A stretch of 64,000 nt of DNA from Alphaproteobacteria bacterium (GCA_017443235.1 JAFSOV010000004.1:974-64973), one strand, 5' to 3'. Positions 19,315-29,020 are shown, counted from the stretch's first letter. Notes: generated by a model not told the origin, from the sequence alone. Program-made: numbers and translations.

Positions 19315-20028
19315 ATGTCGGATAAAGAACCAGATTTATCTTTGCGTGCGGGTCATCGCGAAAGATTGCGTCAAAATTTTCTTGATGACAAATTGGCGAA
19401 ATATGAAACGTTGGAATTATTACTAAGTTATGCGATTCCGCGCCGTGATGTTCGGCCCCTGGCACGAATGTTGTATAATAAATTCGGTGGAATGTACCCG
19501 ATATTGTCTGCGTCAATTGACGATTTATGTGCGGTTCGTGGCATGGGTCGCAATACCGCAATTTTCATCAAGGTTGTTCAAAAAATTCTACTGGATGGAT
19601 ATGAATATAAATTCAAAGATTCGCCTGTTTTGCACGACCGTGAACAACTGAACAATTATTGCAAATTGATGTTGGGTCACAAAGATATAGAAGAAGTGCA
19701 TATATTGTATCTTGATGATTTGGGGCGATTGTTGGAAAACCAACTGCACAGTACGGGAACATACGACCAATCGTCACTTTATGACATAGAAATCGTGAAA
19801 CATGCGTTGACCATTGGTGCCAAAGAAATTGCATTAATACACAATCATCCGCGTCCGCATACATCTTTTTCGCCCCAAGATAAAGAGGTCACAATGCGAT
19901 TAAAGGGAATGTTGGATGCCGTTGGCATAAGATTGGTTGATCATTATGTTGTGTCGGGCGATATGTTATACGCAATGTCTGAATTTCCTGCTTTTGCCGC
20001 TGGCGTTGTCAAACCCAACAATTCATAA
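19315..20028 (+). CDS. radC: RadC-family JAB/MPN domain protein
   Basis: HNHPRPHTSFSPQD JAMM-like motif plus an N-terminal HhH region. Confidence 0.85.
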   Translation: MSDKEPDLSLRAGHRERLRQNFLDDKLAKYETLELLLSYAIPRRDVRPLARMLYNKFGGMYPILSASIDDLCAVRGMGRNTAIFIKVVQKILLDGYEYKFKDSPVLHDREQLNNYCKLMLGHKDIEEVHILYLDDLGRLLENQLHSTGTYDQSSLYDIEIVKHALTIGAKEIALIHNHPRPHTSFSPQDKEVTMRLKGMLDAVGIRLVDHYVVSGDMLYAMSEFPAFAAGVVKPNNS

Positions 20029-20469
20029 TCCCGAATTTGGGCCGGAATCGTATATATCAATATCTTCGTACAAAGACGCATCCAAAGATTTTGTTTGTGC
20101 ACGCGCCGCCAAAATTTCGTTTATTTCGCCAACCGACACCTTTAATGTTTTGCATCCCCGGCCAATTAAATCACCACCATAAACCAAGTTTAATATCAAC
20201 GGCACAACCGTCAAAATACCAAATATCAAAATCAAATTTTTCATATTGTTTATAATATCGTTTTTGGCACCACGTATCATTGATATGCCCCAACCCATAA
20301 TTAAAAACACGGTTATCAACAACAACACATCCCACGCATACCCAAGAAAAGTTTCAAATCCACGTAAAATGCATGACGGATCTTCGATATATATAAAATT
20401 TGTATCGATACCGGTGACCCTTAGTCCGGATCTTTCCAATATATTTTGAATATTTTGTAAATTGTTCAC
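20023..20469 (-). CDS. small integral membrane protein
   Basis: 148 aa with two or three hydrophobic helices. Follows 20473-21294 in the same orientation. Confidence 0.5.
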   Translation of the reverse strand: MNNLQNIQNILERSGLRVTGIDTNFIYIEDPSCILRGFETFLGYAWDVLLLITVFLIMGWGISMIRGAKNDIINNMKNLILIFGILTVVPLILNLVYGGDLIGRGCKTLKVSVGEINEILAARAQTKSLDASLYEDIDIYDSGPNSGL

Positions 20470-20472
20470 GTC

Positions 20473-21294
20473 TTACATCTTTTGCTTAAAGAATCCCGGG
20501 ATTGTAAAGTCATCATCATTTGCGGCGATTCCCGCCCAACCAAACAAATCACCCATTAACCCCGAATCATCGCGTTTCATTTTTTTGAACGGTAATATAT
20601 TTTTTAACTTGCCAATTTTTCCACGTTCGGCGCCCTTTTTGGTACCGATGACTTTATCTTGATTTTCGGCAAATTCACTGGCCAAACTTTCAAGTGTTGC
20701 ATCCGTTTCATCGCTTGATTCGGTCGGTTGTTCGACCTTGGCCGCCTTTTTTTTGCGGGGGGCAATCACATCTTCTTGTAATGGGGTCATTGTTTCCAAC
20801 AATTCTTCCAATGTTTTTTCTTGTGCCGCGGCCGGCATTTCGTCATTTATCATATCGGCGATATCGGGGTCCGGGTCATCTAATTCAATTGCGGTTAATG
20901 TTTCTTGTGTTTCCGCAATCGGTTCCGGGGCGACAACGTTTTCTTCTTGGGACGCCAATACAGACAAAATCGGCACAACGGGCGCATCCGGTTCCGGGGC
21001 GGCGGCCACTGGGGCAATTTCTGGGGTTGGCGCATCCGGCACAACAATATCATCCAATTCCGCATTATCCGATTCGGTTTCCATCACCGGTGCCGGTTCC
21101 AAATCGGGCATGGCGGCCGATACCACCCCCATTGTATCACCAACGGATTCGGCCGCATCCACGGGGACGCCGAACAAAACGGTATCTGGGTCCAAATTCA
21201 ATGTGTTTCTAACTTCATCAAAAGCGACGCGGACATCATTCACATCGAACGAATCTGCACCAGATATATACACAATTTTCTTTTTCATATGCAC
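20473..21294 (-). CDS. acidic, Pro/Ala/Glu-rich protein of unknown function
   Basis: 273-aa ORF with a low-complexity acidic centre and a basic C-terminal tail. Confidence 0.5.
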   Translation of the reverse strand: MHMKKKIVYISGADSFDVNDVRVAFDEVRNTLNLDPDTVLFGVPVDAAESVGDTMGVVSAAMPDLEPAPVMETESDNAELDDIVVPDAPTPEIAPVAAAPEPDAPVVPILSVLASQEENVVAPEPIAETQETLTAIELDDPDPDIADMINDEMPAAAQEKTLEELLETMTPLQEDVIAPRKKKAAKVEQPTESSDETDATLESLASEFAENQDKVIGTKKGAERGKIGKLKNILPFKKMKRDDSGLMGDLFGWAGIAANDDDFTIPGFFKQKM

Positions 21295-21371
21295 TTCCTA
21301 AAAAACCTTTCGCGTGGATTATATCACATTTTAGGGTTGAACGCATATAAAAAATATCTTAAAATGCCGAT

Positions 21372-21581
21372 ATGTCGGATTTAAGAGAACAAATCTTTCA
21401 AGAATTGACCAAATTGGACGAATCGGCGGCGCGTCTGCGGGCGACTGCGATAAACGCGGGCAAACAAACGGATCTTGAGGTTGCAATTTTAACCGAACAG
21501 GTTCGAAATCTGCGTGCCAAGAACGCCCATGCGGTCGAATTGATTGATCAATCGGTTGAATTATTAAAGAAGTTAAAATGA
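21372..21581 (+). CDS. small coiled-coil protein overlapping the zapA start (ZapA-partner-like)
   Basis: 69 aa with heptad-like pattern. ATGA overlap with the next gene. Confidence 0.5.
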   Translation: MSDLREQIFQELTKLDESAARLRATAINAGKQTDLEVAILTEQVRNLRAKNAHAVELIDQSVELLKKLK

Positions 21582-21856
21582 GTGTCGTATCGATACCTAT
21601 TGTGAACAAAAATTACCCAATGGGGTGCGAAGACGGTCAAGAAGGCCGGTTGGTTGAATTGGGGAAAATGGTGGATGCCCGCGCGCGGCAAATTCTGGAC
21701 AGAATCGGGCCTTTGCCCGAAAATTCCCTGCTGGCGACACTTTGTATTGTTTTGGCGGACGAAGTGCGGTCCCGCCCCACCCCAACCGTGACCGATGCCG
21801 ATTTGCGCGAAATTTTGGCCCGCATACGTGAGATAAAGAACAAGATTAGTCAATAA
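21578..21856 (+). CDS. zapA: cell division protein ZapA
   Basis: 92 aa. N-terminal V.I.I..K.Y...C..G.E..L..L...VD pattern typical of ZapA. Confidence 0.65.
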   Translation: MSVVSIPIVNKNYPMGCEDGQEGRLVELGKMVDARARQILDRIGPLPENSLLATLCIVLADEVRSRPTPTVTDADLREILARIREIKNKISQ

Positions 21857-21909
21857 AACGGCTTTTTTCGGTTGTTATTTTTGTTCAAATGTTCTAATTT
21901 TGTGTTGCT

Positions 21910-24141
21910 ATGGTAAAAGAAATTATTGAAAGAATTGATTCACAACAATTGTCAGACGCGCTTTCTACGCGTTATTTGTCGTACGCGGTCAGTACGATTG
22001 TATCGCGCGCCCTGCCCGATGTGCGGGACGGCCTTAAACCGGTGCACCGGCGTATTTTGTATTCTATGTTGCGGCAAAAATTGTCGCCTGCGGCGGCTTT
22101 CCGCAAGTGCGCGACTGTCGTTGGCGATGTTTTGGGGCACTATCACCCGCATGGCGATTCGTCTGTTTATGATGCTATGGTCAGACTTGCCCAGGATTTT
22201 TCCGTCCGTTATCCCCTGATTGATGGCCAGGGTAATTTTGGAAACATCGACGGCGACCCCCAGGCGGCATACCGTTACACCGAATCAAAGATGACCGATG
22301 CGGCAATGCTGATTATGGATGGCATTGACGAAGACAGTGTTGATATGATGCCGAACTTTGACGGCACCACGGTTGAGCCTGTGGTTATGCCGGGTGCGTT
22401 TCCAAACTTGCTGGCCAATGGGGGGATGGGTATTGCGGTCGGTATGGCAACAAATATCCCAACACATAATGTGGCCGAGGTTTGTGATGCATTGACATTG
22501 ATGGTTGATAAACCCGAATCAACCACAGCCCAAATTATGAAAAAAATGATTGGGCCGGATTTTCCAACCGGGGGGGTGCTGATTGATAACTTTGAAACCA
22601 TAGTAAAAAACTATGAAACGGGTAAAGGCGCATTTCGCATTCGCGCGCGATATGAAATCGAAGAATTGGAACGCGGCGGGTACCAGGTTGTAATTACCGA
22701 AATTCCGTACGGCATTGTTAAATCCAAGATGGTGGAACAAATTGGCGAAATGATTGATGCCAAGAAATTACCACTGATTGACGATATTGTTGATGAATCG
22801 ACCACCGATGTCCGCATCGTTATCACACCAAAATCGCGGAATATTCCGGCGGATAAAATGATGGCGCATTTGTTTGCACTGACGGACGCGGAATATAAAT
22901 TCAATATGAATTTCAATGTGATTGATTCTAATGGCGCGCCGCGCGTTATGGGCATTCGCGATGTTTTATTGGAATTCATCGCGCACCAGAAAAATGTTTT
23001 GCTGCGGCGTTCTAAATGGCGTTTGGGTAATATTGACCGGCGTTTGGAAATATTGGGCGGGTTGCTGATTGTGTATTTGAATTTGGACCGTGTTATTGAA
23101 ATTATCCGCACCGAAGACGAACCTAAGGCCGTATTGATGGCGGAATTTAATTTGACGGAAATTCAGGTTGAATCTATTTTGAATACGCGTTTGCGCGCAT
23201 TGCGTAAATTGGAAGAAATGGAAATCCGGCGTGAAGATAAAAATTTGCGCGACGAACGCGAACAACTGATTGCGTTGCTTGGTGACCCCGAAATACAAAA
23301 TGCCCAGATTAAGGCATGGTTTGCCGATATTAAACGGCAATATGATAAAAAAACGACACTGGGACGCCGCCGCACAACATGGGCGCCATTGACCCAAGAC
23401 ATTACAATCAACGCCGAAGAATTTATTGAAAAAGAACCTGTCACAATAATCCTGTCCACTATGGGTTGGATTCGTGCGGCGCGGGGTCATTTGGATTTGA
23501 ACGCATTGGATTTGAAATTCAAAGAAGGTGACGAATTGCAATGCGCGTTTCACGCAATGTCCACCGATAAAATAAACCTGTTTGGCGCATCGGGTCGTAT
23601 GTTCACGCTTTCGGCCAATGATTTGCCGTCTGCACGCGGGTTTGGCGAATCGGTGCGTATGATGGCGGACATTGGTGCCGATGAAAACATTGTTCGTGCA
23701 TTTGTTCTGGACACGACCGCGAAATATTTGGTTGTATCACGTCACGGAAACGGGTTCATCGTTGCCGGCGAAAACTGTGTTGCGCAAACACGCACCGGGA
23801 AACAGGTTATGAACGTGGACGATAAAAATCCGGCGGCGTTCTGTGTTCCGGTTACCGGGGACATGGTTGCAATGTCCGGTTCAAACGATAAATTGTTGAT
23901 ATTTGCCGCGGCCGATGTTCCAGAAATGATTCGTGGCAAAGGTGTAATTTTACAGAAATACAATGCCGAACGGACATACGTGTTGGATGTAATGTTCTTT
24001 AACGCGGCGGACGGTTTTGGTTGGACAACGGGCCGCGGCACAACCAAATTGGATGATTGGCAACCGTGGGTCGGCCGCCGTGCAACCCAGGGCCGCACGA
24101 TTCCGGTCGGTTTCCCCCGCAGTGGAAAATTTGGGAAATAG
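21910..24141 (+). CDS. parC: DNA topoisomerase IV subunit A
   Basis: [11 protein letters not shown] and HPHGD blocks, catalytic Tyr block AAYRYTES. No GyrA box seen in the C-terminal domain. Confidence 0.88.
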   Translation: MVKEIIERIDSQQLSDALSTRYLSYAVSTIVSRALPDVRDGLKPVHRRILYSMLRQKLSPAAAFRKCATVVGDVLGHYHPHGDSSVYDAMVRLAQDFSVRYPLIDGQGNFGNIDGDPQAAYRYTESKMTDAAMLIMDGIDEDSVDMMPNFDGTTVEPVVMPGAFPNLLANGGMGIAVGMATNIPTHNVAEVCDALTLMVDKPESTTAQIMKKMIGPDFPTGGVLIDNFETIVKNYETGKGAFRIRARYEIEELERGGYQVVITEIPYGIVKSKMVEQIGEMIDAKKLPLIDDIVDESTTDVRIVITPKSRNIPADKMMAHLFALTDAEYKFNMNFNVIDSNGAPRVMGIRDVLLEFIAHQKNVLLRRSKWRLGNIDRRLEILGGLLIVYLNLDRVIEIIRTEDEPKAVLMAEFNLTEIQVESILNTRLRALRKLEEMEIRREDKNLRDEREQLIALLGDPEIQNAQIKAWFADIKRQYDKKTTLGRRRTTWAPLTQDITINAEEFIEKEPVTIILSTMGWIRAARGHLDLNALDLKFKEGDELQCAFHAMSTDKINLFGASGRMFTLSANDLPSARGFGESVRMMADIGADENIVRAFVLDTTAKYLVVSRHGNGFIVAGENCVAQTRTGKQVMNVDDKNPAAFCVPVTGDMVAMSGSNDKLLIFAAADVPEMIRGKGVILQKYNAERTYVLDVMFFNAADGFGWTTGRGTTKLDDWQPWVGRRATQGRTIPVGFPRSGKFGK

Positions 24142-24171
24142 TGGTTAGTGTTAGTGATTAGTGGTTAGTAA
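24139..24171. repeat. TAGTG(G/A)T tandem array (six-frame stop array), copy 1
   Basis: TAGTGGT TAGTGT TAGTGAT TAGTGGT TAGTAA. The first TAG is the parC stop. TAG/TAA fall in all three frames on each strand. Confidence 0.85.
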
Positions 24172-24174
24172 AAA

Positions 24175-24199
24175 CGGATGCGAATCACATCCGTTTTTT
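24175..24199 (+). terminator. intrinsic terminator after parC
   Basis: CGGATGCGAATCACATCCG hairpin plus T6. Confidence 0.65.
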
Positions 24200-24218
24200 A
24201 GTCCCCTTCTTATGAAGA

Positions 24219-24462
24219 AGGGGTGGCGCCGAATGGCGACGGGGTAGTTGCCTGATAATAAAAAATTCCAGAAAGTTTGTATTTTTCCACATATTTTCTT
24301 TCCATAAGAACTGTCATTCCGGACTTGGTCCGGAACAGGGTCTATAAACCTGTGACGAAGCAAAGTTCTCCTCCCTTGGAGGAGTACGGCCCAGCGGGCC
24401 GGGAGGTGGGGGGAATTTATATCTTTTTTACCCCCACCCCGTCGCCGTTCGGCGCCACCCCT
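24219..24462. repeat. MITE-like element with 26-bp terminal inverted repeats
   Basis: AGGGGTGGCGCCGAATGGCGACGGGG (24219-24244) matches the reverse complement of 24437-24462 at 25 of 26 positions. The interior is homologous to 42150-42225. Confidence 0.6.
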
Positions 24463-24671
24463 CCGGTCATCACCCACAAAAAACTGTGTTTTTTGTGGGG
24501 CCCGATGGAGGGGAACATAGAGCACACTGGTCAAAATAAATGTACCTTTTTGTCCACCATTTTTTTCACATATCCCGATTCAGTAAAATCAATGACTTAC
24601 AAAATCAGTAGGGTGGTCAATTTAAAGGTACCTTTTTGCTACACTATAAAGCGAGGAATAAAGGAGAACAT

Positions 24672-25085
24672 ATGAGCAAATTATTATTCATTGGTGCATT
24701 TGCATCAGTAATTACAATCAACGCATTTGCAACATCTTCAACGGTCACATCGCGGGATTATGTCGATGCACAGGATGCATTAAAGCAAAACAAAATACCG
24801 GCAACAGATGCAGTTTTTACCCGTGGCAGTGTTGTTGAAACAACCGGCGAAGACGGTGTAGTCACGCAACGTGGAATTTATGATGGAGATGGGCTAGTAG
24901 AGCCAACTGATTACAAATTAATAATGACTGCGTGGTGGACAAATGAAGCGATAAGAAACGCGCTTAATTGGGTACAACCACAATGCGTAGAATATAATAG
25001 TGCTGGAGATTGTCTACTTTTGAGAATAAAAGACATAACTTACACTTACACGAACGGACTCGATTTTGTTAAATATGTTGACTGA
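24672..25085 (+). CDS. small secreted protein, YVD-motif family
   Basis: RBS AAGGAG. Signal peptide, then TSRDYVDAQDALKQNKI and QCVEYNSAGDC blocks. Confidence 0.65.
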   Translation: MSKLLFIGAFASVITINAFATSSTVTSRDYVDAQDALKQNKIPATDAVFTRGSVVETTGEDGVVTQRGIYDGDGLVEPTDYKLIMTAWWTNEAIRNALNWVQPQCVEYNSAGDCLLLRIKDITYTYTNGLDFVKYVD

Positions 25086-25090
25086 AACAA

Positions 25091-25114
25091 CCGCCCGGGT
25101 GGGCGGTGTTTTTT
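25091..25114. terminator. intrinsic terminator
   Basis: CCGCCC-GGGT-GGGCGG hairpin plus T-run. Confidence 0.6.
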
Positions 25115-26477
25115 ATTTGTCGTTTATTATTTCCATAACCTTTTGTGGCACATCGGTAATTGGAACGCGAACCTGGTCCATCGTGTCGCGATAACGCAGT
25201 GTCACCATATTGTCTTCCAATGTTTGGTGGTCAACCGTTATGCATACCGGTGTCCCGATTTCGTCATGCCGGCGATAGTTTTTACCGATATTTCCCGAAT
25301 TTTCCAATTCGATGCGCCCGATGCCAAGTGCCCGCAAATCATTTTCGATATTTTCCGCCAACCCGACCAATTCCGGAACATTGCGCGCCAATGGAATTAC
25401 CGCCGCCTTGACCGGGGCCAATTTTGGTTTCAATTTTAACACCGTGCGCGTTTTACCGTCCGGCAGGTTTTCTTCGGTATATGCCTCTATCATCAATGCC
25501 ATCATCGCACGGTTCACGCCCATTGCGGTTTCAATCACGTACGGAATAAAACTCTCGCCCGTCTGGGGGTCGGAATACGCCAATTTAATTGTGCTGTCAC
25601 GATTCTCCATAACATGTGCCGCAATTTTGAATTCGTTTTGCGATTTCGTATGTGACCCCAAATCAAAGTCTTGGCGATTGTGTACACCTTCGACTTCATC
25701 AAACCCGTCCGGAAATTCGTATTCTATATCGCCGGCGGCCTTGGCATAGTGCGCCAATTTTTCGTGTGGGGTGAAACGCAGTTTGTTCGCCGGAATTCCC
25801 AACACATTGGTCCACCACGCAATACGGTTTTCGCGCCACGCGGCAAAGTATTTTTCATCATCACCCGGACGCACAAAGTATTGCATTTCCGCCTGTTCAA
25901 ATTCGCGCATACGGAACACGAATCCGCGCGGGGAAATTTCGTTACGAAACGCCTTGCCAATCTGGGCAATGCCGAACGGCAATTTATGCGGCGTGGAATC
26001 AAGGACATTTTTGAAATTGATATATGTTGTGGTCGCCGTTTCCGGACGCAAATAAGCGTTTATTTCGCCGTCCGCCACCGCACCAATGGAAAGCCCCATC
26101 ATCAATTGATATTCGCGCGGCGGCATTAAATCGGTTGAACCACAGTTATCGCATTTTGTTTGATCGCGCATTTTATCTTGGCGCATGCGGGCACCACATT
26201 TTTTACATTCAACCAATGGGTCGGAAAATCCGCCTTCGTGCCCGGAATATTTCCACATTAAACGATTGCCAATCAGTGATGCGTCCAAACCTTCGATATC
26301 ATTGCGGGAATATACCATCGCATTCCACCATGCGTTGCGAATATTCCGCATTAATTCCACACCATACGGGCCATAGTCATACGTTCCACCCATACCGCCA
26401 TAAATTTCAGAACCCGTAAAAATAAAACCGCGCCGTTTGCACAGTGCCACAATATCATTTACATTTTTTGCCGGCAT
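25113..26477 (-). CDS. glyQS: glycine--tRNA ligase, dimeric (alpha2) type
   Basis: 454 aa. Class II aaRS blocks (FRNEISPR, GLDRIML-like region) and a C-terminal anticodon-binding domain. Confidence 0.88.
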   Translation of the reverse strand: MPAKNVNDIVALCKRRGFIFTGSEIYGGMGGTYDYGPYGVELMRNIRNAWWNAMVYSRNDIEGLDASLIGNRLMWKYSGHEGGFSDPLVECKKCGARMRQDKMRDQTKCDNCGSTDLMPPREYQLMMGLSIGAVADGEINAYLRPETATTTYINFKNVLDSTPHKLPFGIAQIGKAFRNEISPRGFVFRMREFEQAEMQYFVRPGDDEKYFAAWRENRIAWWTNVLGIPANKLRFTPHEKLAHYAKAAGDIEYEFPDGFDEVEGVHNRQDFDLGSHTKSQNEFKIAAHVMENRDSTIKLAYSDPQTGESFIPYVIETAMGVNRAMMALMIEAYTEENLPDGKTRTVLKLKPKLAPVKAAVIPLARNVPELVGLAENIENDLRALGIGRIELENSGNIGKNYRRHDEIGTPVCITVDHQTLEDNMVTLRYRDTMDQVRVPITDVPQKVMEIINDK

Positions 26478-26555
26478 ATCTAACCCTTTTGTTTTTTTTC
26501 ACCACCAAGTATTATATTTTATTCGCGCCTTTGCAACATTTTTTGGCATAAAAAA

Positions 26556-26572
26556 CGGGGGCGATGCCCCCG
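26556..26572 (-). terminator. terminator after the ferredoxin gene
   Basis: CGGGGGC-GAT-GCCCCCG, with a T-run on the minus strand. Confidence 0.55.
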
Positions 26573-26589
26573 CTAAATTTTTAATAATT

Positions 26590-26781
26590 CTAATTTGCCG
26601 GGGCGATTGCCGAAACCGGGCAAACCGATGCGCATGTTCCGCACGATACACACTTTGCCGGGTCAATTACGCATTTACCGTCTGCGTCCACACTTATCGC
26701 CATCATCGGGCACACCGCCATACAGGAATGACAGCCAATGCATTTACTTTTATCGATTTTATAAGCCATTTTTTTCTCCAT
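26590..26781 (-). CDS. 2x[4Fe-4S] ferredoxin
   Basis: CIGCHSCMAVCP and CVSCGTCASVCP. Confidence 0.85.
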   Translation of the reverse strand: MEKKMAYKIDKSKCIGCHSCMAVCPMMAISVDADGKCVIDPAKCVSCGTCASVCPVSAIAPAN

Positions 26782-27498
26782 TTAATCTCTGTTTAATAAC
26801 CCCATCACGTATTGGAACATTGCAATGAAAGATATATACAAATGCAATGCCCCCAACACCGCCAATTGGTCTTTCTGGGTATCGTCACCCAACACTTCGT
26901 ATGAACGTTTCAGTGTCTGCATATCATACGCCGTGAACAACGCAAACACCAACACGCCAATCGCACAGACTATTGTTGAAAATGTTCCGCCCAGGGTCCA
27001 AATCATAGACACTATGCCGACCAAAATCAAGCCAATCATTCCCATCATCAAAAATATCCCCAGGAACGATAAATCTTTCGCGGTTTTATATCCATATGCC
27101 GCCATAAAGCCGAACATCGCGGCCGATATAATAAACGCCCAAACGATAGATGCCGGATTCACGGCCAGTCCACCCCAAATAATCGGCGTCAATGCCAACC
27201 CGATTGTCACCGCGTACATAAACAGCAACACCGCCGCGACCGCCGGACGCATTGAAAACGCGCGCGCCTGGGCCCAGATGGACAGTGCCAATCCCCCGAA
27301 CACCAAAATATAGAACAACGGCGTCATTCCGCCCGGACCAACCAATAACCGTATGCCACCAAGGTATATTGTAATGAACGCCGTTATTGCCGTGACGCCG
27401 ACCGCGCCAAACATCAATGTAAAGATTTTCCGCAAATACAAATCTATTCCGCCGACCGATTGTGATTTTTTTACCCGTACGGGTGTTTTTTGTACCAT
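26782..27498 (-). CDS. BAX inhibitor-1/YccA family membrane protein
   Basis: Seven predicted TM helices. Internal ATG at 27498 with RBS AAGGAGAA. The longer tracked ORF is an unsupported extension. Confidence 0.8.
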   Translation of the reverse strand: MVQKTPVRVKKSQSVGGIDLYLRKIFTLMFGAVGVTAITAFITIYLGGIRLLVGPGGMTPLFYILVFGGLALSIWAQARAFSMRPAVAAVLLFMYAVTIGLALTPIIWGGLAVNPASIVWAFIISAAMFGFMAAYGYKTAKDLSFLGIFLMMGMIGLILVGIVSMIWTLGGTFSTIVCAIGVLVFALFTAYDMQTLKRSYEVLGDDTQKDQLAVLGALHLYISFIAMFQYVMGLLNRD

Positions 27499-27579
27499 AA
27501 TTTTTCTCCTTGTTAGTTCGTAAAATATATAATACAATGTGGGTATCTTTTCAAGGATTAAAAACAAAAAGGATATAAA

Positions 27580-27795
27580 ATGGCAAGTCATACACACGGC
27601 ACAGACCCAATAAAACGCAAAGAAAAACCAACTTTGACACCAAGCAAAAAAGAAGAATTGAATAAGTTGAAAGCCAAATTGGCCGAAGCCGAGGCAAAAT
27701 TGAAAAAAGATCCGGACAATAAAAGGCTGAAGGAAATCACGAAAAATTTGAAGCAAATGTTCGAATTGGAACGTGAACGCGGATATTCTTGCTAA
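27580..27795 (+). CDS. small lysine-rich coiled-coil protein
   Basis: 71-aa ORF. Its TAA overlaps the lgt ATG (TAATG). Confidence 0.4.
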   Translation: MASHTHGTDPIKRKEKPTLTPSKKEELNKLKAKLAEAEAKLKKDPDNKRLKEITKNLKQMFELERERGYSC

Positions 27796-28589
27796 TGTCT
27801 ATTGTAATAAACCCGATTTCACCCGTCGCATTTACGGTATTTGGATTGCCGATACGGTGGTATGCCTTGGCGTATATTGCGGCGTTCGTGGTCGGGTATT
27901 TTTTATTCCGCACCTTTGCACGCCGCCCCGATAGTGGCCTTGATATGTCGCGTCACGAATTGGACGATTTGTTTTCGTGGATAATATTGGGTGTGATAAT
28001 CGGCGGGCGATTGGGATATGTACTGTTTTATAACCTGCCGTTCTTTATATCGCACCCGTTGGAAATTTTTGCTGTATGGCACGGCGGGATGAGTTTTCAT
28101 GGGGGATTGGCTGGTGTGGTTGCGGCAACGTTTTTATTCACACGTTCATGGTCGCGGGGGCTGCATGTATTGGATTTAATATCGGTTGTGACGCCGATAG
28201 GACTATTTTTTGGTCGTGTTGCGAATTTTATAAATATGGAAATTATGGGTCGGCCCACAGATTCAAGTATTGGCGTATTTTTTAATGGCGTGTCCGATGT
28301 GCCACGACACGCAAGTCCATTGTACGAGGCCGCAACCGAAGGCCTGTTGTTGGCTATAATAATGCTGGGGCTGTATCGATACACAAAATTGCGCAAATAC
28401 CCGGGTGCACTGTGTGGGGCGATGGCGATGTTCTATGCGGTGTTCCGTATTATATGTGAACAGTTTCGTGCACCCGATGCCCAGATTGGATTCTTGACTT
28501 CGTGGGGTTTAACCATGGGCGGGTTGCTGTCGGGGGTGCTGTTTCTATGCGGCGCGGGGCTGTTTTTTGCGGCGATACGTCGCAGATAA
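27795..28589 (+). CDS. lgt: prolipoprotein diacylglyceryl transferase
   Basis: HGGLAG and GRVANFINMEIMGRPT signature; polytopic membrane protein. Confidence 0.9.
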   Translation: MSIVINPISPVAFTVFGLPIRWYALAYIAAFVVGYFLFRTFARRPDSGLDMSRHELDDLFSWIILGVIIGGRLGYVLFYNLPFFISHPLEIFAVWHGGMSFHGGLAGVVAATFLFTRSWSRGLHVLDLISVVTPIGLFFGRVANFINMEIMGRPTDSSIGVFFNGVSDVPRHASPLYEAATEGLLLAIIMLGLYRYTKLRKYPGALCGAMAMFYAVFRIICEQFRAPDAQIGFLTSWGLTMGGLLSGVLFLCGAGLFFAAIRRR

Positions 28590-28724
28590 TTGTGTTGTTG
28601 GTTTAACCCCGACCATTTTGCAAGACAATAAATAAACCACCGCAGACAATTCGACCAGGTCCGGTTCATATGCCGGATTTTTCCTAAAAAAGCCGCGAAC
28701 ATCATCCAATAATTTCATCGTCAT
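28545..28724 (-). CDS. possible 59-aa ORF downstream of leader II copy a
   Basis: ATG with AAGGAA upstream. Overlaps the lgt 3' end convergently. No homology recognised. Confidence 0.3.
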   Translation of the reverse strand: MTMKLLDDVRGFFRKNPAYEPDLVELSAVVYLLSCKMVGVKPTTQLSATYRRKKQPRAA

Positions 28725-28744
28725 TTTGATTCCTTTTTTTGTTA

Positions 28745-28953
28745 AAAAAGAAACCACCCGAAATAAATTCAAAGTGGTTGGAGTCTTAACGACAATCAAG
28801 CGAATTGCTGTGCTTATTCAGTATATTCACACACTCCAACCAGTGGTTGGAGATTTTTGTGTCCCTCCGGACACGCCTGACATGGGCGTTAAGACCCACA
28901 GACGGAACGCCCGTCTGTGATTTCATAATAACATTTTATATGCGAAAAGGCAA
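28745..28953 (-). promoter_or_regulatory. type II (CTCCAACC) leader/sRNA module, copy a
   Basis: On the minus strand: TTGCCT-17-TATTAT, hairpin CAGACGG/CCGTCTG, CTCCAACC-AGT-GGTTGGAG hairpin, a second CTCCAACC overlapping the terminator AACCAC..GTGGTT, then a T-run. Confidence 0.6.
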
Positions 28954-29020
28954 ATTTATATTTTTTACAAAAAATGCTTGATTTTATCGTTTTGGCATTA
29001 TATCATAGCGTCACGGCATT

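Noticed and set aside
20694-21384. Three long plus-strand ORFs (172, 187 and 159 aa) antisense to the acidic protein gene 20473-21294
   Set aside because: Their products are low-complexity (Ser/Gly/Ala- or Arg/His-rich) mirror images of a compositionally biased gene. They have no RBS, and they overlap each other in different frames.
24139-24171. The TAGTG arrays as CRISPR or as telomere-like repeats
   Set aside because: The units are only 6-7 nt with no spacers and span at most ~30 bp. No cas genes are present and the replicon context is ordinary chromosomal.
24151-24675. ORFs 24151-24534 (minus) and 24277-24675 (plus) in the parC / YVD spacer
   Set aside because: They run through hairpin and inverted-repeat modules. 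Differences between repeat copies are compensatory in the stems rather than synonymous, so the conservation is structural and not coding.
27499-27756. N-terminal 86-codon extension of the BI-1/YccA ORF in the track
   Set aside because: The extension is Phe/Cys-rich nonsense antisense to the 71-aa ORF promoter region. A strong RBS precedes the internal ATG at 27498, which gives a family-typical length.
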